From Podarcis tiliguerta (lineage: Eukaryota), in assembly GCA_965153285.1 (NCBI GenBank), contig OZ229111.1: a DNA stretch of 64,000 nt; one strand, written 5' to 3'. This document shows positions 36,112 to 47,800 of the stretch, piece after piece (position 1 is the first letter of the stretch; each line of letters begins with the position of its first letter). The notes beneath the pieces were generated by a model. It saw only the letters and a program-made list of their open reading frames with translations. It ran no database searches and was not told where the DNA came from. The position numbers and the translations under genes are program-made.

Positions 36112-37254
36112 AGTAAAAGTTTTGGGAGAAAAATCATGTTTGCTGTTTTGAACTGTTAGGATTTCTGGAAACCTACATGCTGATAAGGCAATAGCACATA
36201 ACGTAAAACAGAAAGATCCAAGTAAATTGCTGTAATTTAATGTACCAAAATGATTTATAATGCTTCTCTCTTCTCCAAACACTTGTGAATTTTATGGCTG
36301 ACCATAGGGCTTTGAATGTAGCACTGTGACATCTCAGTCCCTTCTTCTGTTTCTGTTGAGAAACTTTTCTCTCTCACATAACTGCCAGCTTGTCCAGAAA
36401 TACTTCCCATTTGGCACAGTAGTGAAATATGATATACAGAAGCAAAGAGTTCACTTCAACTACCTGCTTCCTATGTTCAGGTGAAACATTTCCATGCACT
36501 GTATTTTCAGCCAAGAGTAGTGGGGCTGTTATTTCTTCCATCCTCCTCTTCCTCTATCGCCAGCAGATTCTGGTGTCCCTTTCCTACTTGCTGTCAGCCT
36601 CTGTCTCTGCAAACTGGCTGGAGACTGATGGTAGTTGGTTACTCATCCCTGTCTTAAATACTGACCAAACACACTTCTTGTGCATGTGCTGAGAGAAGAA
36701 AACATCTCCCATCAGTTTAGGAAGGCCAAGAGCCCGGGTTTTCTGTCCCTCGGTACTGTCTGCTTGAGATCAGTGCTGACTGAGCTGGAATATCTGGACT
36801 GAGTCTCTGGCTCACCCATCACTGATTTAAAACAAACAAGAACCCACAGACAGCATGTCCTTGGGCTTCTCTGAGGTTTATGATCTATTATTAGCCTGCT
36901 CAACCATCTGCGCTTGGAGCGAGGTGGAGCATGCCATCTCGAGTGTATGGGGAAATCAAACAGAGGTTAAGGGAGTGGAGGAGGAAACAGCAGCTTCTTA
37001 TTATTTATTCATTATTTGTATCCTGTTCTTCAGCTGCAGAGTTCAGAGAAGCTTGCAGATTGCTCCCAGATGGTCTCCCATCTTGGGGCAGACCTACTTA
37101 GCTGCAGCATGTTTGTGCCTGTAGGTGTGTACATGGCTCCTATTGTCTCCCAGTGCAGTTCACAAAAGGGGTGTCCCTGAACCAGAATGTCATTCAGCAA
37201 GCCCAGCATGGGAAACTCCCTTGTTAGGGAATCAGATCATTGGTCCGTTTAACT

Positions 37255-37497
37255 CAGGGGACAACAAACTTTTTCAGAAGGCCGGTCCACTGTCCCTCAG
37301 ACTTTGTGGGGGGCAGGCCTATATTTTTTTGGGGAAATTAAACAAATTCCTATGCCCCACAAATAACCCAGAGATGCATTTTAAATAAAAGGACATATTT
37401 ACTCATGTAATATGCTGATTCCCAGACAATCCGCAGGCCGGATTTAGAAGGCGATTGGACCAGATCCAGCCCCCGGGCCTTAGTTTGCCTACCCATG
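37255..37497. mobile_element. hAT non-autonomous element between the TKT and TMEM40 3' ends
   Basis: Termini caggggacaacaaact / agtttgcctacccatg; 8-bp TSD gtttaact / gtttagct. Confidence 0.75.
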
Positions 37498-39659
37498 GTT
37501 TAGCTTAACTTTGGCTACACTGACTGACTCCAGCTTCCCAGGACTCCAGGCAGAACATTCTCAGCCTTGCCTGGTGATGCCAGGGATGATAATGAGGTCT
37601 TCTGCATAAAATCAACTACTCTGCCTCTAAGCTACGTCTCTTCCCAGGCATGGGTCTGTTTGGTAGCGAGATTTCGCTTGCCTTTGGAAGCCAAAGGACG
37701 TATGCAACTATTTTATTTTGAAATATAATTCTGCTGTCTTCTATAAATGACATTTCAGGGCCTCGCATGAAAGTGTGGTGCCTGATCTGACTAGATGTGT
37801 GTAGCCATCATGTGCATTTGGATACACTGACCTCCTGCATCTACAGCAATCCTTACTTCTCAACTGGACTTTTGTGATTCTAAATGAAGTTATGATACTT
37901 GCAGAGGTAGGACCACGCACAAACAACAAAACAGAAAATCTAACTTGTCAACATCAACAGTAGCCTTTCATATGTATATCAATGTGACAACACAGCATCA
38001 ATGCATTTTTTAAAGGACACAATTGAGACATCATTCAGGCCAGCATGAAATGACATAAAGTCCAATCATTTAAGCCATTGTTCTTTTGGCAGATACTTTT
38101 AATTAAACATAAATTATTATTAGTGAAATAGCTGGATTACATTAATACAGTTAAGAAGAATATTAGGAACTTCCGCCCACCTCCTAATTTTAAAAATACT
38201 TGCTCTTCCCCTATGCGTTTGATTCAGGGCATTTATTTCAAAATATTTCCCCAGATTTAGTAGGAATATTTCAAAACAATGGGCTTATGAGTTTCAGCTA
38301 CATTTTGTGTTTTTTTTTACAAACTGGAAGTACCAATATTACCAGATCCTCCAAGTTTACTTTGCCATTTGAGCTCGTATTCACTTTTCAGAAAATTCCT
38401 TGCCACAGTTCCGCCCCCCCGAAACGCCTGTTTTTTAAAATTTGAAGTTGTCAAGATTGAAAACTGGAAGAGGTATTGAAGCTGAATTCTTGGTCAAATG
38501 GCCAAGAGAGAAAATAAGACCTGCCCAAAGCTATTAAACATTAATGAACTAAAGCAAATCAGGTATGTTCACACCAGAGTTTTTACTACTTTCATTATAC
38601 AATAAAGACTTTGTTCCCTACTGTACAATTACACTGCCCAGCCTATTCGTTACCTTATCTTACCATGCCTTACCAAAACAAACAGTATCCTGATAAAGGT
38701 ACAGTAAAATTTCTCACCTGAATGGAATGCATAGCATTGTGCTTGATGCCCCATGATCCAGATAAAGGCAGGAGCAACAGAAGGCTGCTCTTTGAAGAGA
38801 TGGGGAAACACTGCACGCAAAATTACACCTTTGAAATCATGCTCAAGATATGGGCATTAGGATTGCCCATTGCTTGCATTATGTAGCATAACTTTTTCCT
38901 AAAGCATATCCCATGTGTTAGCCAGAAATGGGGTATCGTTCCTGTGACATTGGCAAGCCTTGTAGTGTAGATGACTGCAAATGGATGACAGGATGATAGG
39001 ACAATGAAGAGCAAGAACCAGCCAAGGACGTGCGTAGAAGTTCCACCACAATGAATAGAAGCTGCCCCACAGTAATGGCTCATGGCTGCCACATGGAGGC
39101 CACTTCCAAGTTGTTCCACAGGCCAGCTGTGGTCATGCACAGTGATTACCAAGTGAACTAGCTTTTCCCACACAATCACAAATGACTTGAGAAACGTGTC
39201 TTGAAGCTATTTCACATACTACTCATCATATGAGCTGGCTCACGGAATATGTAAAGAACTTCCCATGACGTAGCCATGGGCTATGCACAGTCCTTTGTCC
39301 TGACCAAGTGTAGGGAAGGCGATTTCAGCCATAGATAAGAGCACCAATGTTCAGTGTTGGTGAGACCTGGTGCATGGTAGAATACAAGACGGAGTGGAAA
39401 TAGCTGATATTCATTCACAAAGTGGGGTTGCAGCATACAGCCACAGACCCAATGAATACGAAAAGGCTGGCAACTTTTACATATATCTCTCAAGATACAC
39501 CAAGGAAGCAAAGGATTCACTGTAAGCCTGATTCTTTTCTCCAACTGAGGAAATTTCACATTTGTATAGTTAACATATTATTTTACATTGGCCATAATAG
39601 CCTTGTAAACATCTTGTCAATATTAACAGGATCCACCCAGCTCTGTTGACACCTCCGAT

Positions 39660-39679
39660 TTAGTTAATCTTTTTCAAAC
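39660..39679 (-). CDS. TMEM40: TMEM40 last coding exon (GLKKIN*)
   Basis: Pyrimidine tract ...ttgtgtag| then GT TTG AAA AAG ATT AAC TAA. Confidence 0.85.
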
Positions 39680-42600
39680 CTACACAATGACAAAGGGAGA
39701 GAGAGAAACTCGTCAGTATGATTATTTCAAAATACCACACATTGGTCTGTGGGTCAGAAAAGATAGCACTTCGATGTCACTTTCATGAGCATTTAATTTA
39801 GAAGTTTGAAAGAAGCAGGGATTTTAGAGGCAGCAGTCCCAATAGGCACAAGCCTGCTGGTTAAAAGCACGAAGAAGTCTGTGCTTTTAGTACTCTGTCT
39901 CTAAGGACCCTCAGGAAAGTTTACATGGGTCTCTCCTCAAAACCATGACAATCTTCGGAGATGACACACAATCTCCTAATCCTGAGCCCTTTTTTCCTGG
40001 GATGAATAGAGTTTTTCTATTAAAAAATGGCAAAACTACAACTATTATCTATGTGCTGTACCCAAATGATTCCACAGGGGTATATAAACACACATGAAGA
40101 GGGCAGAAGGTATTACCAGGCGTTCTGATGCTCTGAAGCAGGGGGATGAAACTTTCCAGGATACTTCTAATGCGGTGCACTGTTAGGGAAATGAAAGACA
40201 AATGGTTATATGCAAAGAAAACTGGACACGCTAATAGCTTCACTACAGCTCAAACTGTAATTTAAACATCAAATGAATGTTGGTATATTTTAAAGTTTAT
40301 ACCTAGGTATAAATACACGAAGCAGCTTATTTTGCTGTCTCAAGTGGTACATGTGAAACACTTACCTAGACCGAAATATATTCCAGTTGTTTCTAAGCCT
40401 GCGAAGGTCATCAAACCAATACCAAGGGAAACTGTCCAGTCTAAAAATATACATATATATGTTTGTATTACATTATGTTCTGTGTTACCCAAATGAAAGC
40501 AGTGCATTCCAGTTTTGATGTACCTTTATATCTGTAATAGCAAACCAACAAGGTTCCAATGGCAAAACAAAGAATGACAAAATGGAAGAATTCATCTGAA
40601 ATGAGAGAGAAGAGAGGGGTCTTACATTCTTAAAGGATATCATAAAATCAAACTCAATGCCCCTATTGGCTGCAATTTAAATTTTTCCTGTACTAGTGAA
40701 GGTCATGTCCTTTTGGAATACATATGTTTGTGGAGGGTGGGGTAAGGGGATGATTACTCACATACTTTAGACCAACAGCCAGTACTTTCACTAACTGCAC
40801 TGTACATATATATAATTTATGTATACTTTCCAGAGGCATCAACTCAAGTGAAGAACTTAAGTCAGCAACCTTCTTAGCCATATACATTATTTAAAATATG
40901 GAACTATGCTTTATTCCCACACAGCTAAAAACGCCAAGAATCAGCAATTAATTGTGAAGACTTTAAGCGAGTTTACTGCTTAATTACTAGGAACTTTATA
41001 TATGGAAGTCCAAGACGGGAAGCCAATGATTATGCAATGTTGTGGAAAAGGCACTCTGTCCTACATGTGCTCACATGCAGTATTTATTTACTTATACAGT
41101 GGTACCTCGGGTTACATATGCTTCAGGTTACATACGCTTCAGGTTAGAGACTCCGCTAACCCAGAAATAGTACCTCTGGTTAAGAACTTTGCTTCAGTAT
41201 AAGAACAGAAATCGTGCTCCGGCAGCGCGGCAGCAGCAGGAGGCCCCATTAGCTAAAGTGGTGCTTCAGATTAAGAACAGTTTCAGGTTAAGAACAGACC
41301 TCCGGAACGAATTAAGTACTTAACCCGAGGTACCACTGTATACTATTTAATGACAAAACAGTCTTTGAAGCTGTTTGCAAGTGTGTAAACCAATTACACA
41401 AGCATTAGAATTTAAACATCCATAATTAAACCACCACTACACTGTTTATTCACAATTCTAGGAATGAATTCTGGCATTTTTATCAGGTACCTGCACATGG
41501 GAGAACTTCTGGTTCACACTGAGCAGGTTTTGCAATTAAGGGCATGTGCATGTTAATGGCTTGAAAACACAGCTAGGCTTTTCCCCCTCGTGCATTTCAA
41601 GTTGCATTCTAAAGTGCTGTACGTGCTATGACCTGATTTGTTTCTCTGTGCCTGCAACCTCTCTGCCAAGTCCTATTCAACAGAGTTGTGGATGCACAAT
41701 GGATGTCTGAAACACACGTCTCAGCTTAACCATGGCTTACTTCTTCAAATAGGATGGAAACACATGTCCGAGGGAAACAGCAGCATTACTCAAGAAACCA
41801 CAACATACATATGGATTCTGGCTAATGTCATGTGTACTCAGGGGCGGGAGTGCATTGGAGCCAGAGTAAATGGTAAGGTGCCCACAGCCTGAGTCTGAGG
41901 GTCAGAAAAACTCTTACCATCTTTTCGTATGCCTGGTAGCCACCATCTTGGGTGGTGAGGTGGATGGCAGGGAACATTTTCATACGCTATGGGAAATGAA
42001 ATTTCAGTTAAAGTAAAAGTCAATCCCAGGTACACAAACTGAAGCTGAGCCACATCATATTAGCCACTGAATTCTATTCTTTATTATTATTGTTGCCATT
42101 TTTCTATTTGGTGCATTGGTCAATGGACCTCAGGGCATTTTGCAATACCTAAGGACAAAATAAGGCCCATCCTATCCAACACTCTGTTCTCACACTGGCC
42201 AGCCAGATGCCTAAGGGAGGCTTGCAAGCACACCTGAGCATAAAAGCAACCTCCCCACCTGTGATTCCCAGCAATTCAGTTTCACTGCCTCCCACAGTGG
42301 AGGTAGTCATCAAAGGCAGCATTTCTTAAAAGGCTATTCCTGGGAGCAGGGAATAGGGTCAACTGTTGCAGGCCCTGTGGCCTGGGGGTCTTCCGCCTGG
42401 CCAGTTCTGCCTGTCTCCTGCCCACCCAGCATAGGCACCAACTCCTATGGGCTGAGCCCTCTATATTGTTTAACAGGGGGCTCAGCCCCCACAATATTGA
42501 GGGGGGCGTAGGAAGCCAAACACCGAGCTGCACCTGTGGCCACAAGCAAGGACTAGTTTGAAAACTGGATCAATATGCTCTGTTTTTTGTTTTGTTTTAG

Positions 42601-44205
42601 GAAATCCGCCATTGAGTGGCCCAAAATGCTTTAAAATACAAATCTATTTCACAAAATATCTTAGAACACTTTGTAAGTAAAAGCAAACATTCTCCTTCCT
42701 TGGATGTTTTTAAGCAGAGGTTGGATGGTCATCTGTCATGGGTGTTTTTAGTTGAGATTCCTGCATTGCAGGGGGTTGGACCATTCTATGCTTATAAGTT
42801 TGTATGATATGGCAGATCATGCAATGTTGAAGCTTTCATAGCCCAGGCAGATAACATGGTACTTGTATGAGACTTAAAAGGCATTAAAAGACTTAAAAGG
42901 GGTTATATAGAAAAGAACAACATAATCTGCAATTTATATTTACCAGTTGTAGGTTCCCCGTCTCTGCACACAACTTCTGAAAAATAACACAGACTGATAT
43001 AAAAGGTGCTTTCAGACTTTCGCGATTTTGAGGTGGGATTCAGTCACATAGTGACAAATTCAGGGTGTGCAATTAAAGTTAATCTGGCAATCTTGTGCAA
43101 CAAGCCTGCCTCTTCCTCCTCCTCCTCCTCCCCACCCAAAAATGGAAATTGTTTTGCTAGAATTAAAGTGATGGGGAAATGCATTGGAAAACATGGGATA
43201 ATTACTTGATACAGTGATGTATAAATCTCCCTGCAAACAAATCAGAGCAAATGTTCAACAAACAGCTGACATTACCTAATCTATCTTTGTGGAAACAAAT
43301 CAGAATGAATGTTCAATAAATAGGTCGTCTGGAGGGGACCAAAGCAAACAAGCATCTCCTTTTGCAAAAGAAACCAGAAACAAACCACATTACAATACTA
43401 GGAAGTGGATATATATGAAGATTCTTCCTACCTGGCCAAACATAAACCTCTATGTATTGTAACAGCTCCTTGCCTTGCTCACCATGCTTTTCTGACTGCA
43501 ACTCATCAACCCAAATAACAGTATTGTTTTATTTATTTTTACTTATTTTATTAAATTTGTATGCCACCCTTCATCCTAAGGTCAGGTGGTTCACAACAAT
43601 AAAACCCATGCACAGAAGCCGTTGAGTGAAGCTACCACTAGAGGGAGCAATGAAGACTTGTCTTGAAACATCCCAAAGCTAGAAAATTCTAGCTGCTTTG
43701 TTCAAGCTCGATATAACCCATTCCTTTCCATGTGGAGCCTTTTGTTTAAGGAAGAATTCATACATTTTGTGGCAGCAAATAGGGTTTACCGATACATGTG
43801 TCTCTCCCAGGAGAGAGAGGCATGTCAATTTGGCCCAGAAGAGAAGCAAAGAAAGAGAAGAAAACGTCCAGGGCCATCTTTAGCATATACAGCACCTTGG
43901 TGCAAAGATCCGCCCAGCGCCTCCCAATATTTAGATGTGTTTTTTCTAGGGGGCCTCTGCGCTTTTTTAAAGCAGGGGCAGATCAGTAATAAATGACAAA
44001 TAATACCTTCGCTGGAACAAGCACGCAGCACCAAAAAACAGCTTTTGTCAGCCAAAGCGCCAAAAAAAATACAGAACAACAACAAAAGCTGTTACAACCA
44101 ATCAGTAACAGCCACTGATGCAGCCAGTTGAAAAAGGACCAATCACAATAGACAATCTCCAGCTGACAGGAAAAAACAACACCGTTTCCATATTAAAGCA
44201 GTGAA

Positions 44206-44250
<45 letters not shown>

Positions 44251-45716
44251 GGAAAGGGGGGTGGAGAGGTTACAAGGCAGGACTTCGGGGCAGATTTCGG
44301 GGCTGTTGCTGCAAGATCATTGAGCCTTGAGCCTAAATCACAAAACTGTACCACTGTACACAGCTCTTTGAGGCGGCTTTTCCCACGCCTTCTCCCTGCC
44401 CTCTGCCTCACTCTTCGTACCTGGTGCTGCAGAGCGGAACAGGGTCCAAACAGGGCGCTGTAAGTGTGCAGGCACCAAGCCCCAGCTCCGCCTCGCTTAC
44501 CTCCCCGCTATCCCCTCCCTGGACTCTCCGCCAGGCGCCCTCCACAGCTTGGCGCCCTGGTTGCCGCGCCACTATGCCCAATGGTAAAGATGTCCCTGGT
44601 GAAGTGAACTGCAGCAGCAACATGAAGGAGGAAGCAGTTGGTCCACTCACAGATGCAGAGTGTGGGGTATTACCCAAGGGCCTCTCAAACCTAACAACTG
44701 TGCTGCTCAGGATTTTAGTCGACTTACCTGATTCACCATATGGAACGACTTCTCTGGGTGAATCTAAAATAGTGCACAAATATAGAGCAGATAAAAATAT
44801 GGTTAAGGTAAAACTTTCCAGCTTATGTTGCTGTCAAAATATAGAAACTCCTGTTATAGTTTGTTTCTGTGGTTTAATTTTTCTTTTTGTGCCCTTTTCA
44901 ATTGAAAGGCAGGTTATCATTTCTTTAATAATTTGACACAGCATCTACAAACAAATACTAACATAGTGAAAGGCAACAACAAAACTTGACAAGGCATTAC
45001 AAAGTCCCGTGCATTTATTATTACTGATTTATTGAATTCATATCCCACCCGTTCTCTCAAAAAAAAACCCAGGGCGGAAATAGATGAAATACTGTAGATG
45101 GGTCTACAGCTGATGCCAAAAGTTCCTCAGTGGCAGCCATATCTCAGAGGGGGAACTCTGCAGGTTTTGTGCAGAATGAGTGGGTGAGAGAAAGGTTTGC
45201 GAAGGTCCACCCTGTTTCAGCTCAGCACTAGTCTGAACTTGGCTGCTGGGTTTATCTGAATATTGATTTGCAAGTGCTAGCTCCCAAGTGAAGATCTGTT
45301 CTCCCTGCACACAGACAAAGCATCATACAATCTTTTGGAGTTACCTTGTGATGGACTCTCTGTTCTAAGCTCCTCAGAAGAACTTTCACCCTCACTTTCT
45401 TTTTGCGGTTTTAATTTCTTGCCTCGTTTTGGTTTCCCACCTGTTCAAAGTATACGAGGAAAAACATTGAAGATTTTCTTGATGTACTACTGATGGTAAA
45501 GCCATCAGTATTATTTACATGTATTATTTACATATCTAAACATGTATTAGATTATTTACATATCTATTCATGTATTATTTACATATCTAAACAGAATTAG
45601 CCTCACATACTGTAGTAGTAGTAATAATAATAATAATAATTTGTTTGTTTGTTTGTTTATACATATGCCACCCATCTGGCTGGGTTTCCCTAGCCACTCT
45701 GGGCAGCTCCCAACAA

Positions 45717-45761
<45 letters not shown>

Positions 45762-46432
45762 GTGATAAATCATCAAACATTAAAAACTTCCCTAAACAGG
45801 GCTGCCTTCAGGTGTCTTCTAAAAGTCAGATAGTTGTTTATTTCCTTGACATCTGATGGGAGGACATTCCACAGTGCGGGTGTCACTACCGAGAAGGCCC
45901 TCGATGTTAGTACTGACAGCCATAGCTACCCATTTTAAAATGAGTGTTCAGTATAAGCGGATAGTGTTTTTATTGTACATTGCCTTGAAACAATTCTATA
46001 GAAGGTGAATACTGATAATTAGAATAAGAATAATCTAATCATAGAGTAATTTCCATAAAAATAAAATTTACCTTAATTAGGAAAGGCTAAATTACAGACA
46101 GTGGTACTGTTAAAACTGAAAGAGAGATCTCACCAATTCACATATCCCATTCCAAGCCCAAAATCAGGATGTGAGCATGCAGACTTTGGTATCAAACTAT
46201 TTTATGGGTATGACTCAAAATATTACAGAAGAATAAGCTGAAACAAAACACATGGATGCCTGCCTTCTGAAAAATGTCGCTTTAGTACAGCAAAGCACAC
46301 AAAAATATATTATACTTGGTTGCCCAGTTGTCTTTTAAGCCAATAATGTGCCCCCAGGCTTAGTCTCCCCATCTTTTCATTACCTTGTTTTCCTCCTGTA
46401 TGAACTAAATCAGGAGAATTTGAGTTACTCAT
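39660..46432 (-). CDS. TMEM40: Transmembrane protein 40, spliced, about 170 aa: complement(join(39660..39679,40117..40179,40366..40440,40524..40595,41918..41986,42944..42976,44728..44763,45345..45440,46384..46432))
   Basis: Phase-1 GT-AG exons join in frame. The C-terminal half (IRKDDEFFHFVILCFAIGTLLVCYYRYKDWTVSLGIGLMTFAGLETTGIYFGLVHRIRSILESFIPLLQ) and EVVPYGES match the mammalian TMEM40 peptides DEFFHFVLLCFAIGALL, DWFMSLGVGLLTFASLETVGIYFGLV and EVVPSGES as I recall them. The N-terminal exons and start codon are less certain. Confidence 0.9.
40117..40179 (-). CDS. TMEM40: TMEM40 exon (VHRIRSILESFIPLLQSIRTP)
   Basis: taacag| acceptor, CTG|gtaata donor; 63 nt. Confidence 0.92.
40366..40440 (-). 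CDS. TMEM40: TMEM40 exon, second TM segment (DWTVSLGIGLMTFAGLETTGIYFGL)
   Basis: tttttag| acceptor, TAG|gtaagt donor; 75 nt. Confidence 0.94.
40524..40595 (-). CDS. TMEM40: TMEM40 exon, first TM segment (DEFFHFVILCFAIGTLLVCYYRYK)
   Basis: tttcag| acceptor, AAG|gtacat donor; 72 nt. Confidence 0.94.
41097..41338. mobile_element. Tigger-like TcMar MITE
   Basis: Perfect TIRs CAGTGGTACCTCGGGTTA / TAACCCGAGGTACCACTG with TA flanks. Confidence 0.9.
41918..41986 (-). CDS. TMEM40: TMEM40 exon (AYENVPCHPPHHPRWWLPGIRKD)
   Basis: cccatag| acceptor, ATG|gtaaga donor; 69 nt; ends IRKD immediately before DEFFHF. Confidence 0.88.
42690..42810 (+). mobile_element. Short CR1 3' end fragment
   Basis: SPSLDVFKQRLDGHLS followed by attcctgcattgcagggggttggac and attctatg. 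Confidence 0.75.
42944..42976 (-). CDS. TMEM40: TMEM40 small exon (EVVCRDGEPTT)
   Basis: tttttcag| acceptor, CTG|gtaaat donor; 33 nt, phase 1-1, open. Confidence 0.7.
44209..44248. repeat. (CA)20 microsatellite
   Basis: Directly read from the sequence. Confidence 0.95.
44728..44763 (-). CDS. TMEM40: TMEM40 small exon (DSPREVVPYGES)
   Basis: ttttag| acceptor, CAG|gtaagt donor; 36 nt; EVVPxGES motif. Confidence 0.88.
45345..45440 (-). CDS. TMEM40: TMEM40 exon (GGKPKRGKKLKPQKESEGESSSEELRTESPSQ)
   Basis: gaacag| acceptor, AAG|gtaact donor; 96 nt, phase 1-1, open, Ser/Glu/Lys-rich. Confidence 0.72.
45508..45593. repeat. AT-rich short tandem repeat (catgtattatttacatatctaaa, about 3 copies)
   Basis: Motif attatttacatatcta recurs three times. 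Confidence 0.75.
45622..45902 (-). mobile_element. L2 LINE 3' fragment with internal (AAT)n tracts
   Basis: Minus-strand translation RAFSVVTPALWNVLPSDVKEINNYLTFRRHLKAALFREVF is the L2 ORF2 C-terminus. Confidence 0.85.
46384..46432 (-). CDS. TMEM40: TMEM40 probable first coding exon (MSNSNSPDLVHTGGKQ); exon begins at 46440
   Basis: Long pyrimidine tract ...ttaaacag|ACACAACA ATG with A at -3; AAG|gtaatg donor; in frame with downstream exons. Confidence 0.65.
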
Positions 46433-46999
46433 TGTTGTGTCTGTTTAAAAGAGATAGAGAAAGAGATTGTAAATCTGGTTAAGTCCTTCAGATCTTTCAT
46501 ATTCCATTTCAAATCTGTACAGGCAGAAAGTGTTAACAACCGTAAAAAAATAAGGAGGGGAAAGCAAGAGTTCCCTGAGAGTTCCTTGAGAAAGAACTGC
46601 TTCACACATGAGTATGTGACACGACATTTTATTTACTGCAGTAAGGCTGCAATTCTAAGCACGGCACGCTTAACAGGGAGTAAGCCCAGTTAACACATAG
46701 TAGGGTTGCCACATTTCAAAAAGTAAAAACCAGGACACCCCGAAAGTTGTTATGGTTTTCCGATTGACTTGCCTAAAATCCAGGACACAGCACACCCACC
46801 CACCCAGGTACCAATTCCGCCTTTGAAATCCTGGTAACACATTGAGACATTTATGAGTACCTAAGATTGCACTGAATGATACAAGAGAAACACATGAAGC
46901 AGTCACATGACTTGCAATGAGAGCATATTTCTGAGGAACAGGTTTTATTGCCAGCTATAGCAATGCAAAGTCGCAAAACAGGACGTTCTGGTCACATGA

Positions 47000-47800
47000 C
47001 TTATCCTGGACCTTTCAGTGGCACTCATTGCCATTGACCATGGTGTTCATCTACATTATCTATGTTGGGATTTGGGGGCATCATGCTGTGGCATTTCTGT
47101 CCCTACCCGACTGATGGGTTTCAGAAGATAATGCTGGATAATGTTTCCTCTTCCCCACAACTTTAGGGCCAGGAGGTCCCATAGAGCTCTATGCTGCATT
47201 TCATGCTACATGCAACTACTCAGAAAGGTCACTCAGGGATTTGGCATGTGATGCCATCAATATGGGATGCCATCATCAGGTGAGGTAGAAGAAGTGCTGA
47301 AGAGCCTGCAATGAGCTGAAGACTACTCAGAAACTTCATTTCAACATATGGTAGTCACCAGAAAATTAGTCAAAACCAACTGGTCAGAACACTTCACCGG
47401 TATTAAAATAGCTTCACTCCCTTCCAGTTTGTTTCTGGGGGCAATTGGGGATACTGGTTTTGGCCTTTTAAGCCCTATAGAGCTTGGAACCAGGGAATCT
47501 GAAGGACTGCTTACTCCTTTATAAATCTGCCCACGAGTTGAGATAATTCTCAGATGCTCTGCTCATAGCTGTCAACTTTTCCCTTTTCTTGCGAGGAATC
47601 CTATTTGGAATAAGGGAATTTCCCTTTTAAAAAAGGGGAAAGTTGACAGCTATGGCTCTGCTCCAGCTCCCCCGACTCGCAGAAATGGTGCAGGTAGTGA
47701 CTAAAGTCAGGGCTTCTTTTTGTGATCATGGTCAAGTTTCAGAATGATCTCCCTAATCTGCTAGCATTTAGGCACCGGCTAAATAAAACATTTTGTCCTC
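47000..47800 (+). mobile_element. Highly decayed L2 RT region
   Basis: ctggacctttcagtggcactcattgccattgaccatggt encodes LDLSVALIAIDHG, a decayed LDLSAAFDTIDHG RT motif; further decayed L2-like segments follow. Confidence 0.55.
47564..47654. mobile_element. 91-bp hAT MITE
   Basis: Perfect TIRs CATAGCTGTCAACTTT / AAAGTTGACAGCTATG; exact 8-bp TSD gctctgct. Confidence 0.9.

Noticed and set aside
38823-39559. Minus-strand ORFs of 118 and 92 aa after TMEM40
   Set aside because: They lie in the presumptive TMEM40 3' UTR with no recognisable homology or exon structure.
44408-44936. 123-aa (-) and 170-aa (+) ORFs
   Set aside because: Only 44728-44763 is a supported exon; the rest is GC-rich intron read-through.
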